DNA of 64,000 nt, taken from an uncultured delta proteobacterium (GTDB taxonomy: Bacteria > Myxococcota > Myxococcia > Myxococcales > Myxococcaceae). The position numbers and the translations under genes were made by a program. Numbering within the stretch: position 1 is the stretch's first letter; each line of letters starts with the position of its first letter. Under the pieces are notes generated by a model. That model ran no database searches. It had not been told where the DNA came from and was given only the letters and a program-made list of their open reading frames with translations. Below are positions 47,993-58,748 of this stretch, one piece after another. The stretch lies in NCBI GenBank assembly GCA_963713045.1, contig CAVQKE010000003.1, positions 1,088,001 to 1,152,000 on the forward strand, written 5' to 3'.

Positions 47993-49420
47993 TCAGCCAG
48001 CGTCTTTGGCGCGGGAGGGCTTGGCCAACGCCTCGGCCAATTCGGCGTACAGGTGAATGGCGCTCTTGACGCTCTTCTGCCAGTCGCCCAGGTGCAGACT
48101 CTCATTCTCCGAATGGGCGTTGGTGTAAGGGTCCTCGACGCCTATCAGCAGCGCCGGCACGCCACCCAGCTCGCGGGTGAAGGGCTCGACGAAGGGAATG
48201 GAGCCGCCTGCGCCAATGGCCACGGCGTCTGTGCCGTAGCCCTTCTTCAGCGCGCGGAAGGCTGCCTGAAACGCAGGGTGGGAGGAGTCGGTGTACCAGG
48301 GCCCGACTGCCTGCTCGGCCCGCAGGTGCAGTTCCAGTCCCCAGGGGACACTTTTCTTCAAGGCGTCGACCAGCTTCTTCTGCACGTCGAGAGGGTCGAG
48401 GTCAGGCACAATTCGGACGCCCACTCGGGCCCAGGCGGAGTCGCAAATGATGTTTCGCGCATCCTTCCGCGAGCTGGCCTGAATGGCGTTGATGGCCAGC
48501 GAGGGGTGGCGCCAGTTGGTTTCCCAAGGGTGGCGGCCTCCGAGGATGTGGACCCCGTCGAGTAAGCCGGCTTGCTTGCGGAAGTGCGCCTCATCGCCGG
48601 GCAGCGCCGCAATGCTTTTGCGTTCCGGGCCGGTGAGCGGTCTCACCTTGTCGAGGATGCCAGGGATGGCGATGGACCCATCGGCGTGGGTGAGCGACGC
48701 CAGCATTTTGCAGAGCCCGCTGACTGGGTCTGGCACCGGTCCACCCCACATCCCGGAATGGACGCTCTGCTTGAGGGCGCTGACTTCGACGTCCACCGTC
48801 ACCAGCCCGCGCAGCGCGATGGTGATGGAGGGCAAGCCGGTGTCGAAGTTGGAAGTGTCGGTGAGGATGATGGTGTCGGCCTGCAGCAGCTTGGCGTTCT
48901 GCTTGAGAAATGCACCCAGGTGCGAGGAGCCCACCTCCTCCTCGCCTTCGACAATGAGCTTCACGTTGAGGGGCAATCCGCCCGACTTCAGCCAGGACTC
49001 CACGGCTGAGCTGTGCACGATGATGCCGGCCTTGTCATCCGCCGCTCCCCGGCCATAAAGCCGCGGCGATTGGTCGGGCGGCCCTGGGCGTTCGACCGGT
49101 TCAAAGGGTGGGCTGGTCCAAGCCGATTCGTCTCCCGCTGGCTGGACGTCGTGGTGAGCGTAGAGCAGCACCGTCGGCCGGCCCGGTTGGTCCAACACCT
49201 CACCGTAGACGTAAGGGTGCGCATCGCCCACCTCGAGTAGCTGGACGTTCTTGAAGCCTCGGGCGCGCAGAAGCTTGGCGGTGGCGGCGGCGCTGGCCCG
49301 AACGTTTGCTTTGTCGAAGCCCGTGAAGGACACGGAGGGGATGCGGACCAACGCCCTCAAGTCTTCGAGGTAGTCCGACTGGTGCTCGACGAAGTGGGCC
49401 AGGGCGCGTTCGGTGGACAT
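47993..49420 (-). CDS. M20/M25/M40 family metallopeptidase (CNDP-like dipeptidase)
   Basis: [34 protein letters not shown] and AHSENE. Confidence 0.93.
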   Translation of the reverse strand: MSTERALAHFVEHQSDYLEDLRALVRIPSVSFTGFDKANVRASAAATAKLLRARGFKNVQLLEVGDAHPYVYGEVLDQPGRPTVLLYAHHDVQPAGDESAWTSPPFEPVERPGPPDQSPRLYGRGAADDKAGIIVHSSAVESWLKSGGLPLNVKLIVEGEEEVGSSHLGAFLKQNAKLLQADTIILTDTSNFDTGLPSITIALRGLVTVDVEVSALKQSVHSGMWGGPVPDPVSGLCKMLASLTHADGSIAIPGILDKVRPLTGPERKSIAALPGDEAHFRKQAGLLDGVHILGGRHPWETNWRHPSLAINAIQASSRKDARNIICDSAWARVGVRIVPDLDPLDVQKKLVDALKKSVPWGLELHLRAEQAVGPWYTDSSHPAFQAAFRALKKGYGTDAVAIGAGGSIPFVEPFTRELGGVPALLIGVEDPYTNAHSENESLHLGDWQKSVKSAIHLYAELAEALAKPSRAKDAG

Positions 49421-49663
49421 GGGCCGGGCCTGCATAGCGCCATCCGTCCGATGACTCCAGCCAGGCCCTGTCACCTCGGCCGGCCTTGTCGAGGCACCCG
49501 CCAAAGCACCCCGGGTGCCCGGGCGCCGAGCGTCGGCGGCAGCATTTCGAGCACCGGAGTAGGGCTTTTGGTTAGAGTCCCCAGTCCCTGCGCCTGGGAG
49601 CGGTCGGCTCTCGGGGCCCGGGGGACGCCTGCGCCCCTGCAGACGCCAGTGAAGAGGCGAGTC

Positions 49664-50758
49664 ATGGACCGTCGACGTTTCCTGCGGCTCACCGGTGCAG
49701 CTGCCGCGAGTTTGGCCCTCCCTCGGCCCCAGGCTGTCCGGGCCGAAGCCGCCGGCACACCGCCCTGGCGCGTCTTCGAGGTCAGCACCCACGTGGAGGT
49801 GCGTCGGCCCAAGGGGCCGTGCCGGGTCTGGGTTCCCCTGCCGCTGGCATTGGAGACGGACTTCCAGCGGTGCCTCGGCAACAGCTGGGAGGCGCCGGGA
49901 GGGCACGCCAGCGTGGCCCACGACGCCCGCTACGGCATCGCCCTGCTTTCCGCAGAGTGGGCGGACGGGGTCCAGCCGGTGCTCGACGTGAAGAGCAAGG
50001 TCAGCATGCGTGACTGGAGCGTCGAATTGGCGGCGCATCCCGGTGCCCAGAAACTCAACGCCGAGAGCCGCGCGCTGTGGACGGCCCCCACCCGTCTTCT
50101 TCCGACCGACGGGCTGGTCCTCTCCACTGCGTTGCAGGCCACCTCAGGGGTGAAGGGAGGGGACGTCGAGAAGGCGCGCGCCCTCTATGCTTGGGTCTGC
50201 GACAACAGTTTTCGCGACCCGAAGGTGCGCGGCTGCGGCCTGGGAGACATCCAGTCGATGCTTGCCGCCCATTCGCTGGGGGGGAAATGCGCTGACATCA
50301 ACGCCCTCTTCGTTGCACTGGCCCGGGCGCTGGGCATCCCGGCGCGCGACGCCTACGGCGTCCGCGTCGCGGACTCTCGCCGAGGCTACAAAGCGCTCGG
50401 CAAGTCTGGCGACATCACCAAGGCGCAGCATTGCCGCGCACAGTTCTTCGCCCAAGGGCACGGGTGGATTCCGGTCGACCCGGGCGACGTGCGCAAAGTC
50501 ATCCTCGAGGAACCCCCTGGACACCTCAGCGTCGACGACGCCAGGGTGTTGGCAGCGCGCGCTTACCTCTTCGGAAGCTGGGAAGGGAATTGGATGGCCT
50601 ACAACTACGGCCATGACGTCGCGCTTCCCGGTTCGGCGCACACCTCAGTGCCATTCCTGATGTACCCCCAAGCAGAGACGGCCGATGGCCTGCGCGACTG
50701 TCTGGACCCCGATAATTTCCAGTACACCCTCACCTCACGCGAGGTGAGTGTCAGCTAG
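49664..50758 (+). CDS. Tat-exported transglutaminase-like protein
   Basis: MDRRRFL twin-arginine signal, [19 protein letters not shown] and LMYPQ. Confidence 0.9.
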   Translation: MDRRRFLRLTGAAAASLALPRPQAVRAEAAGTPPWRVFEVSTHVEVRRPKGPCRVWVPLPLALETDFQRCLGNSWEAPGGHASVAHDARYGIALLSAEWADGVQPVLDVKSKVSMRDWSVELAAHPGAQKLNAESRALWTAPTRLLPTDGLVLSTALQATSGVKGGDVEKARALYAWVCDNSFRDPKVRGCGLGDIQSMLAAHSLGGKCADINALFVALARALGIPARDAYGVRVADSRRGYKALGKSGDITKAQHCRAQFFAQGHGWIPVDPGDVRKVILEEPPGHLSVDDARVLAARAYLFGSWEGNWMAYNYGHDVALPGSAHTSVPFLMYPQAETADGLRDCLDPDNFQYTLTSREVSVS

Positions 50759-51882
50759 CTCGCGCGCGCCGGCCGGAACTTGAGCAGCGTCACCGCAATG
50801 CCGCCATTGTTGATGGGGTGCACACCCTCCAAGGGCAAGCCCACCGCGCGCTCCAGCGCGCTGGGCGCATCGGTGAGGAGGGCCGAGCGCCAACCGGCAA
50901 ACCGGGTCCGCAACGCCTCGCCCACCGCTTCAAACACCGCCTCCCGCTCGGTCCGACTTCCCACCCGCTTGCCGTAGGGAAGGTTCGCCACCAGCAGTCC
51001 GGCTGGGACGGGGCCGGGGGTGAGGGTGCGAATGTCCGCGCGCGCCAGGGACAGCGAGTCGAGAACGCCGGCTCGACGTGCGTTGCGCCGCGCCGTCCCC
51101 AGCGCGCCGGCGTTGACGTCGGTTGCGTGAATGGGAGAAGGCGCCGAGGCGAGCGCCTCCCCAGCCGCGCGTGCCCTGCGCCGCCGCCAGGCGGCGAGGT
51201 CCGTGCCGGGCCAGCTTTCGAAGGCAAATCGGCGGCCCAGCCCTGGGGCCATCCGCCGGGCCCGCAGCGCTGCCTCCACCACCACTGTCCCTGAGCCACA
51301 CATTGGGTCCCACAGCGCCTCTTCGGGGTGCCAATCGGCCAGGGTCAGGAGTCCAGCGGCAAGCGTCTCGCGCAACGGCGCCCGACCCACCTCCTGACGC
51401 CAGCCACGCCGGTACAGCAGCTCCCCCGAGGCGTCGGCGCTCAGTGTCCCGCCGTCTTGCACCAGGCGCAGGACGAGGCATGTTCCCTCGGTGGCGCCCT
51501 GCACCGTGGCAGCATGCACGGTCCGCCCCCAAGCGCGAGTGAGCCACCTCCGCAGCGCCGGCTCCCGCGGTACGCCGGGCTGGTGCACCGTGGACTCAAG
51601 CCAGACAGGCGCGCCCTTGGCTGCCACGCTCGAGAGGTTGACGCTGGCCAAAGCCTCGGCCACGCCACCCCAGCCTCCGGGCGAAAGGTGCGCCAACCGG
51701 AGGAGCACGCGGTTGGCGGTGCGAAGTCGAAGGCAGGCCTCCTGGTGCACGCCAAAGGACCCGGCGAGTTCCACCCCGCCCACCACCTGCGTGACGTGGC
51801 CCAGCCTCTTCGCCTCTTCAACCAGTGCCCCCTCCAGGCCGGGCGTGGTGGAAGCGAAGCACTGCTGTTCGAAGGGAAGCAT
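50755..51882 (-). CDS. THUMP-domain RNA methyltransferase (RlmL/UPF0020-like)
   Basis: PGLE, LRTANRV, LYRRGWR, APLRETLAA, DPMCGSGT and NLPYG. Confidence 0.88.
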   Translation of the reverse strand: MLPFEQQCFASTTPGLEGALVEEAKRLGHVTQVVGGVELAGSFGVHQEACLRLRTANRVLLRLAHLSPGGWGGVAEALASVNLSSVAAKGAPVWLESTVHQPGVPREPALRRWLTRAWGRTVHAATVQGATEGTCLVLRLVQDGGTLSADASGELLYRRGWRQEVGRAPLRETLAAGLLTLADWHPEEALWDPMCGSGTVVVEAALRARRMAPGLGRRFAFESWPGTDLAAWRRRRARAAGEALASAPSPIHATDVNAGALGTARRNARRAGVLDSLSLARADIRTLTPGPVPAGLLVANLPYGKRVGSRTEREAVFEAVGEALRTRFAGWRSALLTDAPSALERAVGLPLEGVHPINNGGIAVTLLKFRPARAS

Positions 51883-51929
51883 CCTGGCCGTAAGGTGTTA
51901 TCAGCTACCGGCCAGGAGGGCCGTCTGCT

Positions 51930-52799
51930 GTGCCAGAACCCAAAGTCACCAAACCCAAGCCCTTCGAAGTCGTCGTGACCGAGGTCATTCAGGAGACCCC
52001 GGACACGGTGACGTTGGTGTTTCAGCCAGACCAGCCGGTGGAGTACCGAGCCGGACAGTTCGTCACCATTGACCCGCACCAATTCAAGCAGCTGGCCTCA
52101 AACACCGCCTATCTGGAGGAGCTGAAGGGAAAGAAGGAATTGGTCCGGGCTTATTCGGTTTGTTCGGCGCCGGGGGAGCCTTTGGCCATCACCATCAAGG
52201 AAGAGCCCTACCTCGCGAAGAATAGCCTCCACGCGCCGCTGCTCTCCCCCTACCTGACGTACGGCATTCACCCCGGGCTGCGGATGAAAGTGGTGGGCCT
52301 CACCGGGCCCTACACCTTGCCCGCAGACATTGAGCAGCGTGCCAAGCACGTGCTGCACGTGGTGGCGGGCTCGGGCGTCGTTCCAAATTTCAGCATCCTC
52401 AAAGACGCCCTCAGGCGTTACCCCGGCGTGCGCCACACCGTCGTCGACAGCAACAAGACGGCCGACGACATCATCTTCCGGGAGGAACTGCGCCGGCTGG
52501 AAGCGGAGTCCGCGGGCCGGCTGAAGGTGGTGCATTTTCTCACCCGACAGCCGGACATCTCGGCCATTCCGGGCGACGTCCGCGCCGGTCGCATCACCCG
52601 CGAGGCCTTGACGGCGCTGGCCGGGGAGGTGGAGCAAACCATCGCCTATGTGTGCGGTCCGGCCATCACCAGCTATGAGCGGCGTGCCGCCCTGGAGAAG
52701 GGCGTCTCGGCCGAGCCGCGCTTCTTGGAAACCACCATCGGGCACCTGCAGGCCATCGGCTTTCCCAACGAGCGCATCAAGCGCGAGTCCTTCGGCTGA
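51930..52799 (+). CDS. FAD/NAD(P)-binding oxidoreductase, ferredoxin-NADP reductase-like
   Basis: AGQF, RAYS, AGSGVVP, YVCGP and C-terminal ESFG. No [2Fe-2S] domain. Confidence 0.88.
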   Translation: MPEPKVTKPKPFEVVVTEVIQETPDTVTLVFQPDQPVEYRAGQFVTIDPHQFKQLASNTAYLEELKGKKELVRAYSVCSAPGEPLAITIKEEPYLAKNSLHAPLLSPYLTYGIHPGLRMKVVGLTGPYTLPADIEQRAKHVLHVVAGSGVVPNFSILKDALRRYPGVRHTVVDSNKTADDIIFREELRRLEAESAGRLKVVHFLTRQPDISAIPGDVRAGRITREALTALAGEVEQTIAYVCGPAITSYERRAALEKGVSAEPRFLETTIGHLQAIGFPNERIKRESFG

Positions 52800-52808
52800 A
52801 GCCGCTGC

Positions 52809-54269
52809 CTAGCTGCGGAGCGCCCGGCCCTCGCGGAGCACCGCGTCCAGCAGCGCGTCGAAGTCCTCCCGCCGGCTGCGGTGGTTGACGATGGCCAGGC
52901 GAATGACGGTGCGACCACGCAGCTTGGTGGTGGACGGCACGGCCACACCGGACTCCTGGACGCGCATCACAATCTCGCTCTGCAGCGCGTCCAGCCGCTC
53001 TGGTGAAAGGCCGCCCTGGCCGACGTAACGGAAGGTGACGAGATTGAGTGGGACGGGCGCGGTGAGTTCCAGCTCGGGCTCTCGCAGCACCCGTTCCTTC
53101 ACAAAGGCCGCCTGCGCGACATTCATCTCGATGGCCCTGGCCAGCTTGGAGATGCCGTGCTGCTTCCAGGCCATCCAGATGCGCAGGCCGCGGAAACCCC
53201 GGGACAGCTCGGGTCCAAGCTCGTTCGCCGGGTAGTCGGCGGCAGCAACACCCCGGGGGAGCGGTGACAGGTAGGCCGCCTCCGTCTGGAAGGCGCGGTG
53301 GTGGGCCTCGGCGTCTCGCACCAGCAACACCCCGACGCCGTAGGGCGCGGCTCCCCACTTGTGCAGGTCCAGCGCCACCGAATGGGCGCGCTCCAGCCCC
53401 CGTACCTTGTCCCGAAGGCGAGGGGACACGGCGGCCAGCGCTCCAAAGGCGCCGTCGACGTGAAACCACAGCTTCCGGCGGGCAGCCAAATCGGCCATCG
53501 CCTCCAGCGGGTCGATGGCACCGGTATTCACCGTGCCACAGCTGCCGACGATGCAGAAGGGACGCAGTCCTCGGCCGACGTCGTCGTCAATCCGCTCCTC
53601 GAGGTCCTCCACCCGCATCCGGAAATCCGGGCCGGTCGGGACACGCCGCAACGCCGTCGAGCCCAGGCCCAGCACCATCAGGGCGCGCTGGACAGCGGTG
53701 TGCACCTGGTCCGAGGCATAGGCCACCAACCGGTAGCGGCTGGCCTGCACGCCCTCCACGTTGACGTCGACGCCCGCGTATTCATCCCGCGCCACCTGCA
53801 GGGCGATGAGGTTGGCCATGCTGCAGCCGCTGGTCAGCAGCCCGCTGGCCGTCTCTGGGAAGCCGAGCAGCGCCTTCAGCCAGCGAAGCACCTGGGCTTC
53901 GACATGCACCGCAGAGCTCTCCAGGCCGGAGAGGTTGTTATTCATGGCAGCCGCGGCAAACTCAGCCAGTGCCCCCATCGGGGTCCCGGTTCCCATCACC
54001 CGGGCGAAGAAGCGGGGGTGAATGTTTCCCAGCCGATAGGGCAGCACCGTCTCCAGGAATTCCCGGTGCACTGCTTCCGGGCGACTCCCTTCCATGGGCG
54101 CGGGCGTGCGGAAGGTGCGCTTCACCGCGTCCGGCAGGGGCCTCCACGCCGGCTGCTCACGCACCGTGCGCAATGCGTCGAGCAACTCGTCCACCAGCGC
54201 GTGGCCCACCGAGCGCACTGCTTCCCAGTCCTCGGGGTCGAGACCGCCCTCGTCCTCGGGGGCAGTCAT
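52809..54269 (-). CDS. group II PLP-dependent decarboxylase (aromatic-L-amino-acid decarboxylase-like)
   Basis: HPRF, SGCSMAN, GTVNTGAIDPL, HVDGAFG, DLHKW and ELSR. Confidence 0.92.
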   Translation of the reverse strand: MTAPEDEGGLDPEDWEAVRSVGHALVDELLDALRTVREQPAWRPLPDAVKRTFRTPAPMEGSRPEAVHREFLETVLPYRLGNIHPRFFARVMGTGTPMGALAEFAAAAMNNNLSGLESSAVHVEAQVLRWLKALLGFPETASGLLTSGCSMANLIALQVARDEYAGVDVNVEGVQASRYRLVAYASDQVHTAVQRALMVLGLGSTALRRVPTGPDFRMRVEDLEERIDDDVGRGLRPFCIVGSCGTVNTGAIDPLEAMADLAARRKLWFHVDGAFGALAAVSPRLRDKVRGLERAHSVALDLHKWGAAPYGVGVLLVRDAEAHHRAFQTEAAYLSPLPRGVAAADYPANELGPELSRGFRGLRIWMAWKQHGISKLARAIEMNVAQAAFVKERVLREPELELTAPVPLNLVTFRYVGQGGLSPERLDALQSEIVMRVQESGVAVPSTTKLRGRTVIRLAIVNHRSRREDFDALLDAVLREGRALRS

Positions 54270-54297
54270 CCCGGCTGTCCCCTCAAGGGCCGCGGCG

Positions 54298-55110
54298 TCA
54301 CGAGGGCCTGGCCCGCGCGCCCAGCATCTTGACCAGCTTCGGCGCCGCGCCGGTCTCGGCCAACAGGCGCTCCAGCCGCTGGCGGGCGCCGACGTCCTCC
54401 CGCCGGACTTTTTTTCCGAGGAGAAGTTCGTTCTTCAAGGAGTGTTCCCAGCCGGTCAGTTCGGTCACGGTGACGGAGTAGCCGTGCGCTTCCAGCGCCA
54501 GCGCCCGAATGACGTTGGTGAGGTGCGAGCCAAACTCGCGTCGGTGCCAGGGGTGCTCGGCCAGTGCGGCCAGCGCTGGCGAGGAAGGTGGCCGGTCCTT
54601 CAGCTGGCGCGCCACCTCGGCCTGGCAGCAGGGCACCACCGCGACATGGTCGGCTTGGTGGGTAATCGCGGCCAGCAACGCGTCGTCGGTGGCGGTGTCA
54701 CAGGCATGGAGCGCGGCCACCAGGTGAATGCGGTCAGGCCAAGGCGCCTCGCTCAGCGGCGCAGTGACGAAGCGCATCCGCTGGTACCCGAGGCGTTCGG
54801 CTCGCCGCTCGGCCTGGGCGGTCAGCTCGGGCCGGGAGTCGATGCACAACAGGGTGCCCTTGTCCGCCGGCTTGAAGAAGATTTCATAGAGGATGAAGCC
54901 GAGGTAGGCGTTGCCGCTGCCGGCATCCACCACCACCGGGTCTCCGAAGCGCGAAAGGACGTCCTCCACAGCGGGCCGCAGCAGCCCGACCAGGTGGTTG
55001 ACTTGCTTCAACTTGCGAAGCGCGTCGGCGTTGAGGTGGCCGTCGCGGGTGAGGAGGTGCAGCTCCTTCAGCAGCGCCGGGCTCTGCTCGGCGAGCAGCT
55101 CCCGGTGCAC
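54298..55110 (-). CDS. SAM-dependent methyltransferase (Methyltransf_32-like)
   Basis: KLKQVNH, DAGSGNAYLGF, ALHACDTATD, VPCCQ and HSLKN. Confidence 0.88.
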   Translation of the reverse strand: MHRELLAEQSPALLKELHLLTRDGHLNADALRKLKQVNHLVGLLRPAVEDVLSRFGDPVVVDAGSGNAYLGFILYEIFFKPADKGTLLCIDSRPELTAQAERRAERLGYQRMRFVTAPLSEAPWPDRIHLVAALHACDTATDDALLAAITHQADHVAVVPCCQAEVARQLKDRPPSSPALAALAEHPWHRREFGSHLTNVIRALALEAHGYSVTVTELTGWEHSLKNELLLGKKVRREDVGARQRLERLLAETGAAPKLVKMLGARARPS

Positions 55111-55133
55111 CAGGGGCGCTTTGACCTGTCGCC

Positions 55134-55697
55134 TCAGACGGGCATGACCTCGATGACTTCCGGCACCGCTTCACGGAGACGGTTCTCGATGCCCATCTTG
55201 AGCGTCATGGTGGAGCTCGGGCAGCCGCTGCAGGAGCCGCGCATGTGGAGATAGACAATGCCGGCCTCGAAGCGGTCGAGCGTAATGTCGCCGCCGTCCT
55301 GCATCACCGCCGGGCGAATCTCGAGGTCGAGAATCTCTCGAATCTTTCGCTCCACCTCCCCGTCACTCGCCCCGTGCCCGTTGGCCGTCTCCTGCAGGGC
55401 GGCCTCGCTGAGGACCGCCTGGTTGCTGCCGAGATGGCTGTCCAGGGTGGACATCACCTGGTCGTTGAGGGAGTCCCACTCCCCCTCCTCGCCCTTGGTC
55501 ACGGTGACGAAGTTGCTTCCCAGCATGACGCCGGTGACGCCGTCGATGGCCATCAACTTGGAGGCCAGCGGCGAACGCGCCTCCACCCCTTCCTTGCTGG
55601 TGAAATTCATCGCGCCGCGAGGCATCAAGGTGCGGTCCACCACGTACTTCAGGGTGCTCGGGTTGGGGGTCCACTCGAGTTGGATGTTGACGGACAT
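55134..55697 (-). CDS. NifU/Nfu family Fe-S scaffold/carrier (Nfu_N + NifU-C)
   Basis: TPNPSTLK, SPLA, IRPAVMQDGGDI and GSCSGCPSS..TLK.GIE. Confidence 0.93.
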   Translation of the reverse strand: MSVNIQLEWTPNPSTLKYVVDRTLMPRGAMNFTSKEGVEARSPLASKLMAIDGVTGVMLGSNFVTVTKGEEGEWDSLNDQVMSTLDSHLGSNQAVLSEAALQETANGHGASDGEVERKIREILDLEIRPAVMQDGGDITLDRFEAGIVYLHMRGSCSGCPSSTMTLKMGIENRLREAVPEVIEVMPV

Positions 55698-55745
55698 AGG
55701 CAAAAGCTCCTCGGGTACTTCACATAAGCGTCCGGGCACGCAACT

Positions 55746-56768
55746 TCAAGCTGCCGGCGGTCCCACCGACGACTCCGGGACAAGGCCGAAGTCGAGCGCG
55801 GCCAGCTCGGCTTCGGACAACAGGCCGGAGGGGGGCTGCGAAAGGGGCAGCACCGACAACTCGGGCCGGGCCAGCAGCAGGTCGGCGGCCCGCAGGTTGC
55901 GGACCAGCTGCCGCGCCATGCCTTCCACCAGCTGGAAGGCGAAGCGGTTGCCTGAAGAGAAAAGCTGCTCAAAGTCTTCCCGGGAAAGGCGAAGCAGACG
56001 GGTCGGCCCGTCGGTGACGCAGCTGGCCGAGCGCGGGCCGCCGTCGATGAGGGCCACCATTCCAAACACTTCGCCCGGCTCGAGGCGGGCGAGTGTGAAG
56101 CCGCTGCGCAGCACCCGTACCGCGCCGGAGACGATGAAGTAAGCCGCGTCGCCGGCCTCCCCTTCGCCGCACACCGCGGTGGCATCCGCCACCTCGAGGC
56201 GTCCCAACTTTTGGGCGAGCGCCAGCTTCACCACCCGGGGAAGATTTCGAAAGGCGGCGACCTGGTCGAGGAGCTCCGGTTCCGTCCGTTCGGTCACCAA
56301 GGCCACCGCGGCTCGCGACTCCCGGCGGCTCGGTGCCACCAACCGGTCCGTGGTCCCGCGCAGTCGCGCACAAAGCTCGAGGCAGATTTTTCGGAGCAGC
56401 TGAAAGGCCGCTGGGTGGTAGGCATCTCTCAGGGCATAGAAGTCGCTGGCCGCCATGACGGTGGCCGCGCCGCCGACCAGCACTCGGGCGGTGCCGGAGC
56501 GGGGTCCCTCGTCGACCAGGGCCATTTCCCCCACCGTGTCTCCGGGGCCGAGGCGGGCCACCAGCAGCTGTCCAGGCGCTGTCCCGGTGTGGCTGACCGA
56601 CACTTCTGCCCCGGTGTGCAACACCCACAGCCAGTCGCAGGGCTTGCCCTCTTCGAAGAGAACTTGCCCCGGCTCCAGCATCACCGGGTGAAAAAGGCGT
56701 TCCAGCGCACCGGCCTGCCCTGGCTCGACAAGCGAAAGCAGCGGGGCTGAAAAAACCTGGAAGGACAT
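55746..56768 (-). CDS. tandem cyclic-nucleotide-binding domain protein
   Basis: Two CNB domains: GDTVGEMALVDEGPRSGTA and GEVFGMVALIDGGPRSASC. Confidence 0.9.
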   Translation of the reverse strand: MSFQVFSAPLLSLVEPGQAGALERLFHPVMLEPGQVLFEEGKPCDWLWVLHTGAEVSVSHTGTAPGQLLVARLGPGDTVGEMALVDEGPRSGTARVLVGGAATVMAASDFYALRDAYHPAAFQLLRKICLELCARLRGTTDRLVAPSRRESRAAVALVTERTEPELLDQVAAFRNLPRVVKLALAQKLGRLEVADATAVCGEGEAGDAAYFIVSGAVRVLRSGFTLARLEPGEVFGMVALIDGGPRSASCVTDGPTRLLRLSREDFEQLFSSGNRFAFQLVEGMARQLVRNLRAADLLLARPELSVLPLSQPPSGLLSEAELAALDFGLVPESSVGPPAA

Positions 56769-56854
56769 GGCGGCTGGAAGGGGGTGCGTCGGGACTGGTT
56801 ATCCGCTGTCCAGCGTGGCCAGCGCAAACATCGCCCCCGCGGGACGGCCGTTGC

Positions 56855-58576
56855 TCAGCGGTAGGCCCACTGCCATTCCTTCTGGCCTGGCTCGATGACA
56901 ACTTCCTTCCTCCAGTTGGAGGGGCCGCGGACTTCCACTTGGTGCTTGCCGACCGTCAACTCGTACTCCGCCTTGCCTTCCTGCTTTCGCTGAAGCTTGC
57001 CGTCAATGTAGACGTCCCCCGCTGGGCTGACGGTCAGCACCAAGGTGCCTGGCGCCGCCGACGGCAGTTGCTTGGGCGCCCCCTGAAGCGGCCCATTCGA
57101 CGTGGAGGGCGAGGCCTTGGGAGGCTTTCGGTGTCGCACCGAGGCCACCTTCTTCGGCGCCTCGGGGGTCGCCGGTGCCTCCGGCGGAAGCGGCGGCGGC
57201 GGTTGGACTGGCGGGGGTGGAGTCGGCTTGGGGATTTCGCTCACCGGCGTTGGTGCCGGTGTCGGTGGCGGCGCTGGCTTCAGTTTTGGGCCTAAGACGA
57301 GCGCCAGCAGCAGTCCCACCGCCAACAGGCCAGCAACGACACCTCCCAGCAGGAGGACCGGCTTCCGCCGCCGCGTCGGGCGCGCCGTCGGCCGAGTCGA
57401 GGGCTCCTCGATGGCGTCATGCAGTGCGATGGGGGTGCGAGCCGTCGCGCCATCCCAGGCCACATCCGAAGCCGTGTCCCGAGAGTATCGCGACCCTGCG
57501 GGTGCGAGGACCGACGCCGGGGGACCACTGGCCGGGGCAGTCCGCGCCGCAGTGCTCCCCGGCGTGACTGGCGGGCCTCCGGTGTGGCCAGTGGCCAGCC
57601 GGCCGGCTCGGCCGTCCAGACGGAATTCGGTGCTTTCGGTCTGTGCCGCCTCGATGGGGAAGACAGCGTGCATCCAGGCAGCGACGTCGGTGTCCTCCGG
57701 CCCGGCGGCGCTGCTGGCCAGGTAGCGGCTGAGCGCGCGCTCCAGCTCTTGCGCCGTTTGAAACCTGGCGGCTTTGTCCCGCTCCAGGCAGCGCATGACG
57801 ATGGCGCTGAGGGTCGAGTCGACCCGAGGGTTCAATTGCTCGGGCGGCACCACCGCACGCTCTTGCACCGCGTTGAGGACTGCGACGTCGCTGTCGGCGT
57901 CAAAAAGTCGTCCGCCGCTGAGCAACTCCCAGAAGGTGATGCCCAGGGCGAAAATGTCGGTGCGACAGTCCACCGGTTGGCCACGCGACTGCTCGGGCGA
58001 CATGTAGGCGAACTTCCCCTTCAGCACGCCGACGGTGCTGGCCCGCGTCCCGGCCTTGGCGATTCCGAAGTCCGTCAGCTTCACCGCCCCCTCATAGGAG
58101 AGCAGGACGTTCTGCGGCGTCACGTCGCGGTGGACCAACCCCAGCGGCTGACCGTGCTCCGTCAGCCGGTGCGCGAAACTTAATCCCCGGGCGACCTCGC
58201 TCACCACTTGCGCTGCCAGCACTGGCGTGAGGGCGACACTCAGCTCGCGTGAGCGCTGGTGGGCCTGCGCCAGGGACTTGCCGCGGATGTACTCCATCGC
58301 GATGTAGAAGGTGTCTTCGTGGGAGTCGAAGTCGAAGATTTGAACGATGTTGGCATGGTTCAAGCGGCTGACCAGCCGCGCCTCCGCGACGAACATCTCG
58401 ACGAAGGCCGCATCCTCGGCAAACTGCGGGCGGATGCGCTTGATGATGATTTGCTTCTCGAAGCCTTCCGGACCGAAGGAACTGGCGAGAAATATCTCCG
58501 CCATGCCGCCTTCAGCGAGCTTGCGCTGGATGACGTATTTCCCAACGCGGGTTCCGGCCGGCAGCGACACGTGCAC
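56855..58576 (-). CDS. Hanks-type Ser/Thr protein kinase with TM segment and C-terminal PEGA-like domain
   Basis: GGMAEI, IKRI, HRDVTPQN, DFGIA, YMSPEQ, a TM segment, a Pro-rich linker and VYIDG...LTVGKH. Confidence 0.93.
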   Translation of the reverse strand: MHVSLPAGTRVGKYVIQRKLAEGGMAEIFLASSFGPEGFEKQIIIKRIRPQFAEDAAFVEMFVAEARLVSRLNHANIVQIFDFDSHEDTFYIAMEYIRGKSLAQAHQRSRELSVALTPVLAAQVVSEVARGLSFAHRLTEHGQPLGLVHRDVTPQNVLLSYEGAVKLTDFGIAKAGTRASTVGVLKGKFAYMSPEQSRGQPVDCRTDIFALGITFWELLSGGRLFDADSDVAVLNAVQERAVVPPEQLNPRVDSTLSAIVMRCLERDKAARFQTAQELERALSRYLASSAAGPEDTDVAAWMHAVFPIEAAQTESTEFRLDGRAGRLATGHTGGPPVTPGSTAARTAPASGPPASVLAPAGSRYSRDTASDVAWDGATARTPIALHDAIEEPSTRPTARPTRRRKPVLLLGGVVAGLLAVGLLLALVLGPKLKPAPPPTPAPTPVSEIPKPTPPPPVQPPPPLPPEAPATPEAPKKVASVRHRKPPKASPSTSNGPLQGAPKQLPSAAPGTLVLTVSPAGDVYIDGKLQRKQEGKAEYELTVGKHQVEVRGPSNWRKEVVIEPGQKEWQWAYR

Positions 58577-58748
58577 CCCACCTTGTGCCAGCGGTGGGTT
58601 TTAACACGCTCGCCTTGCCGCCAAACGCCTCGTCAGGGGGCACAGCCCCATCGGCACCCCTGGAAAAACCGGCCCGCCGACTCGCCGCGACCCCGGGTTC
58701 GCGTCGCCGGAGGCCGCCGCCCGGTGCAAACGGCCGAAGCGGTGCGGC

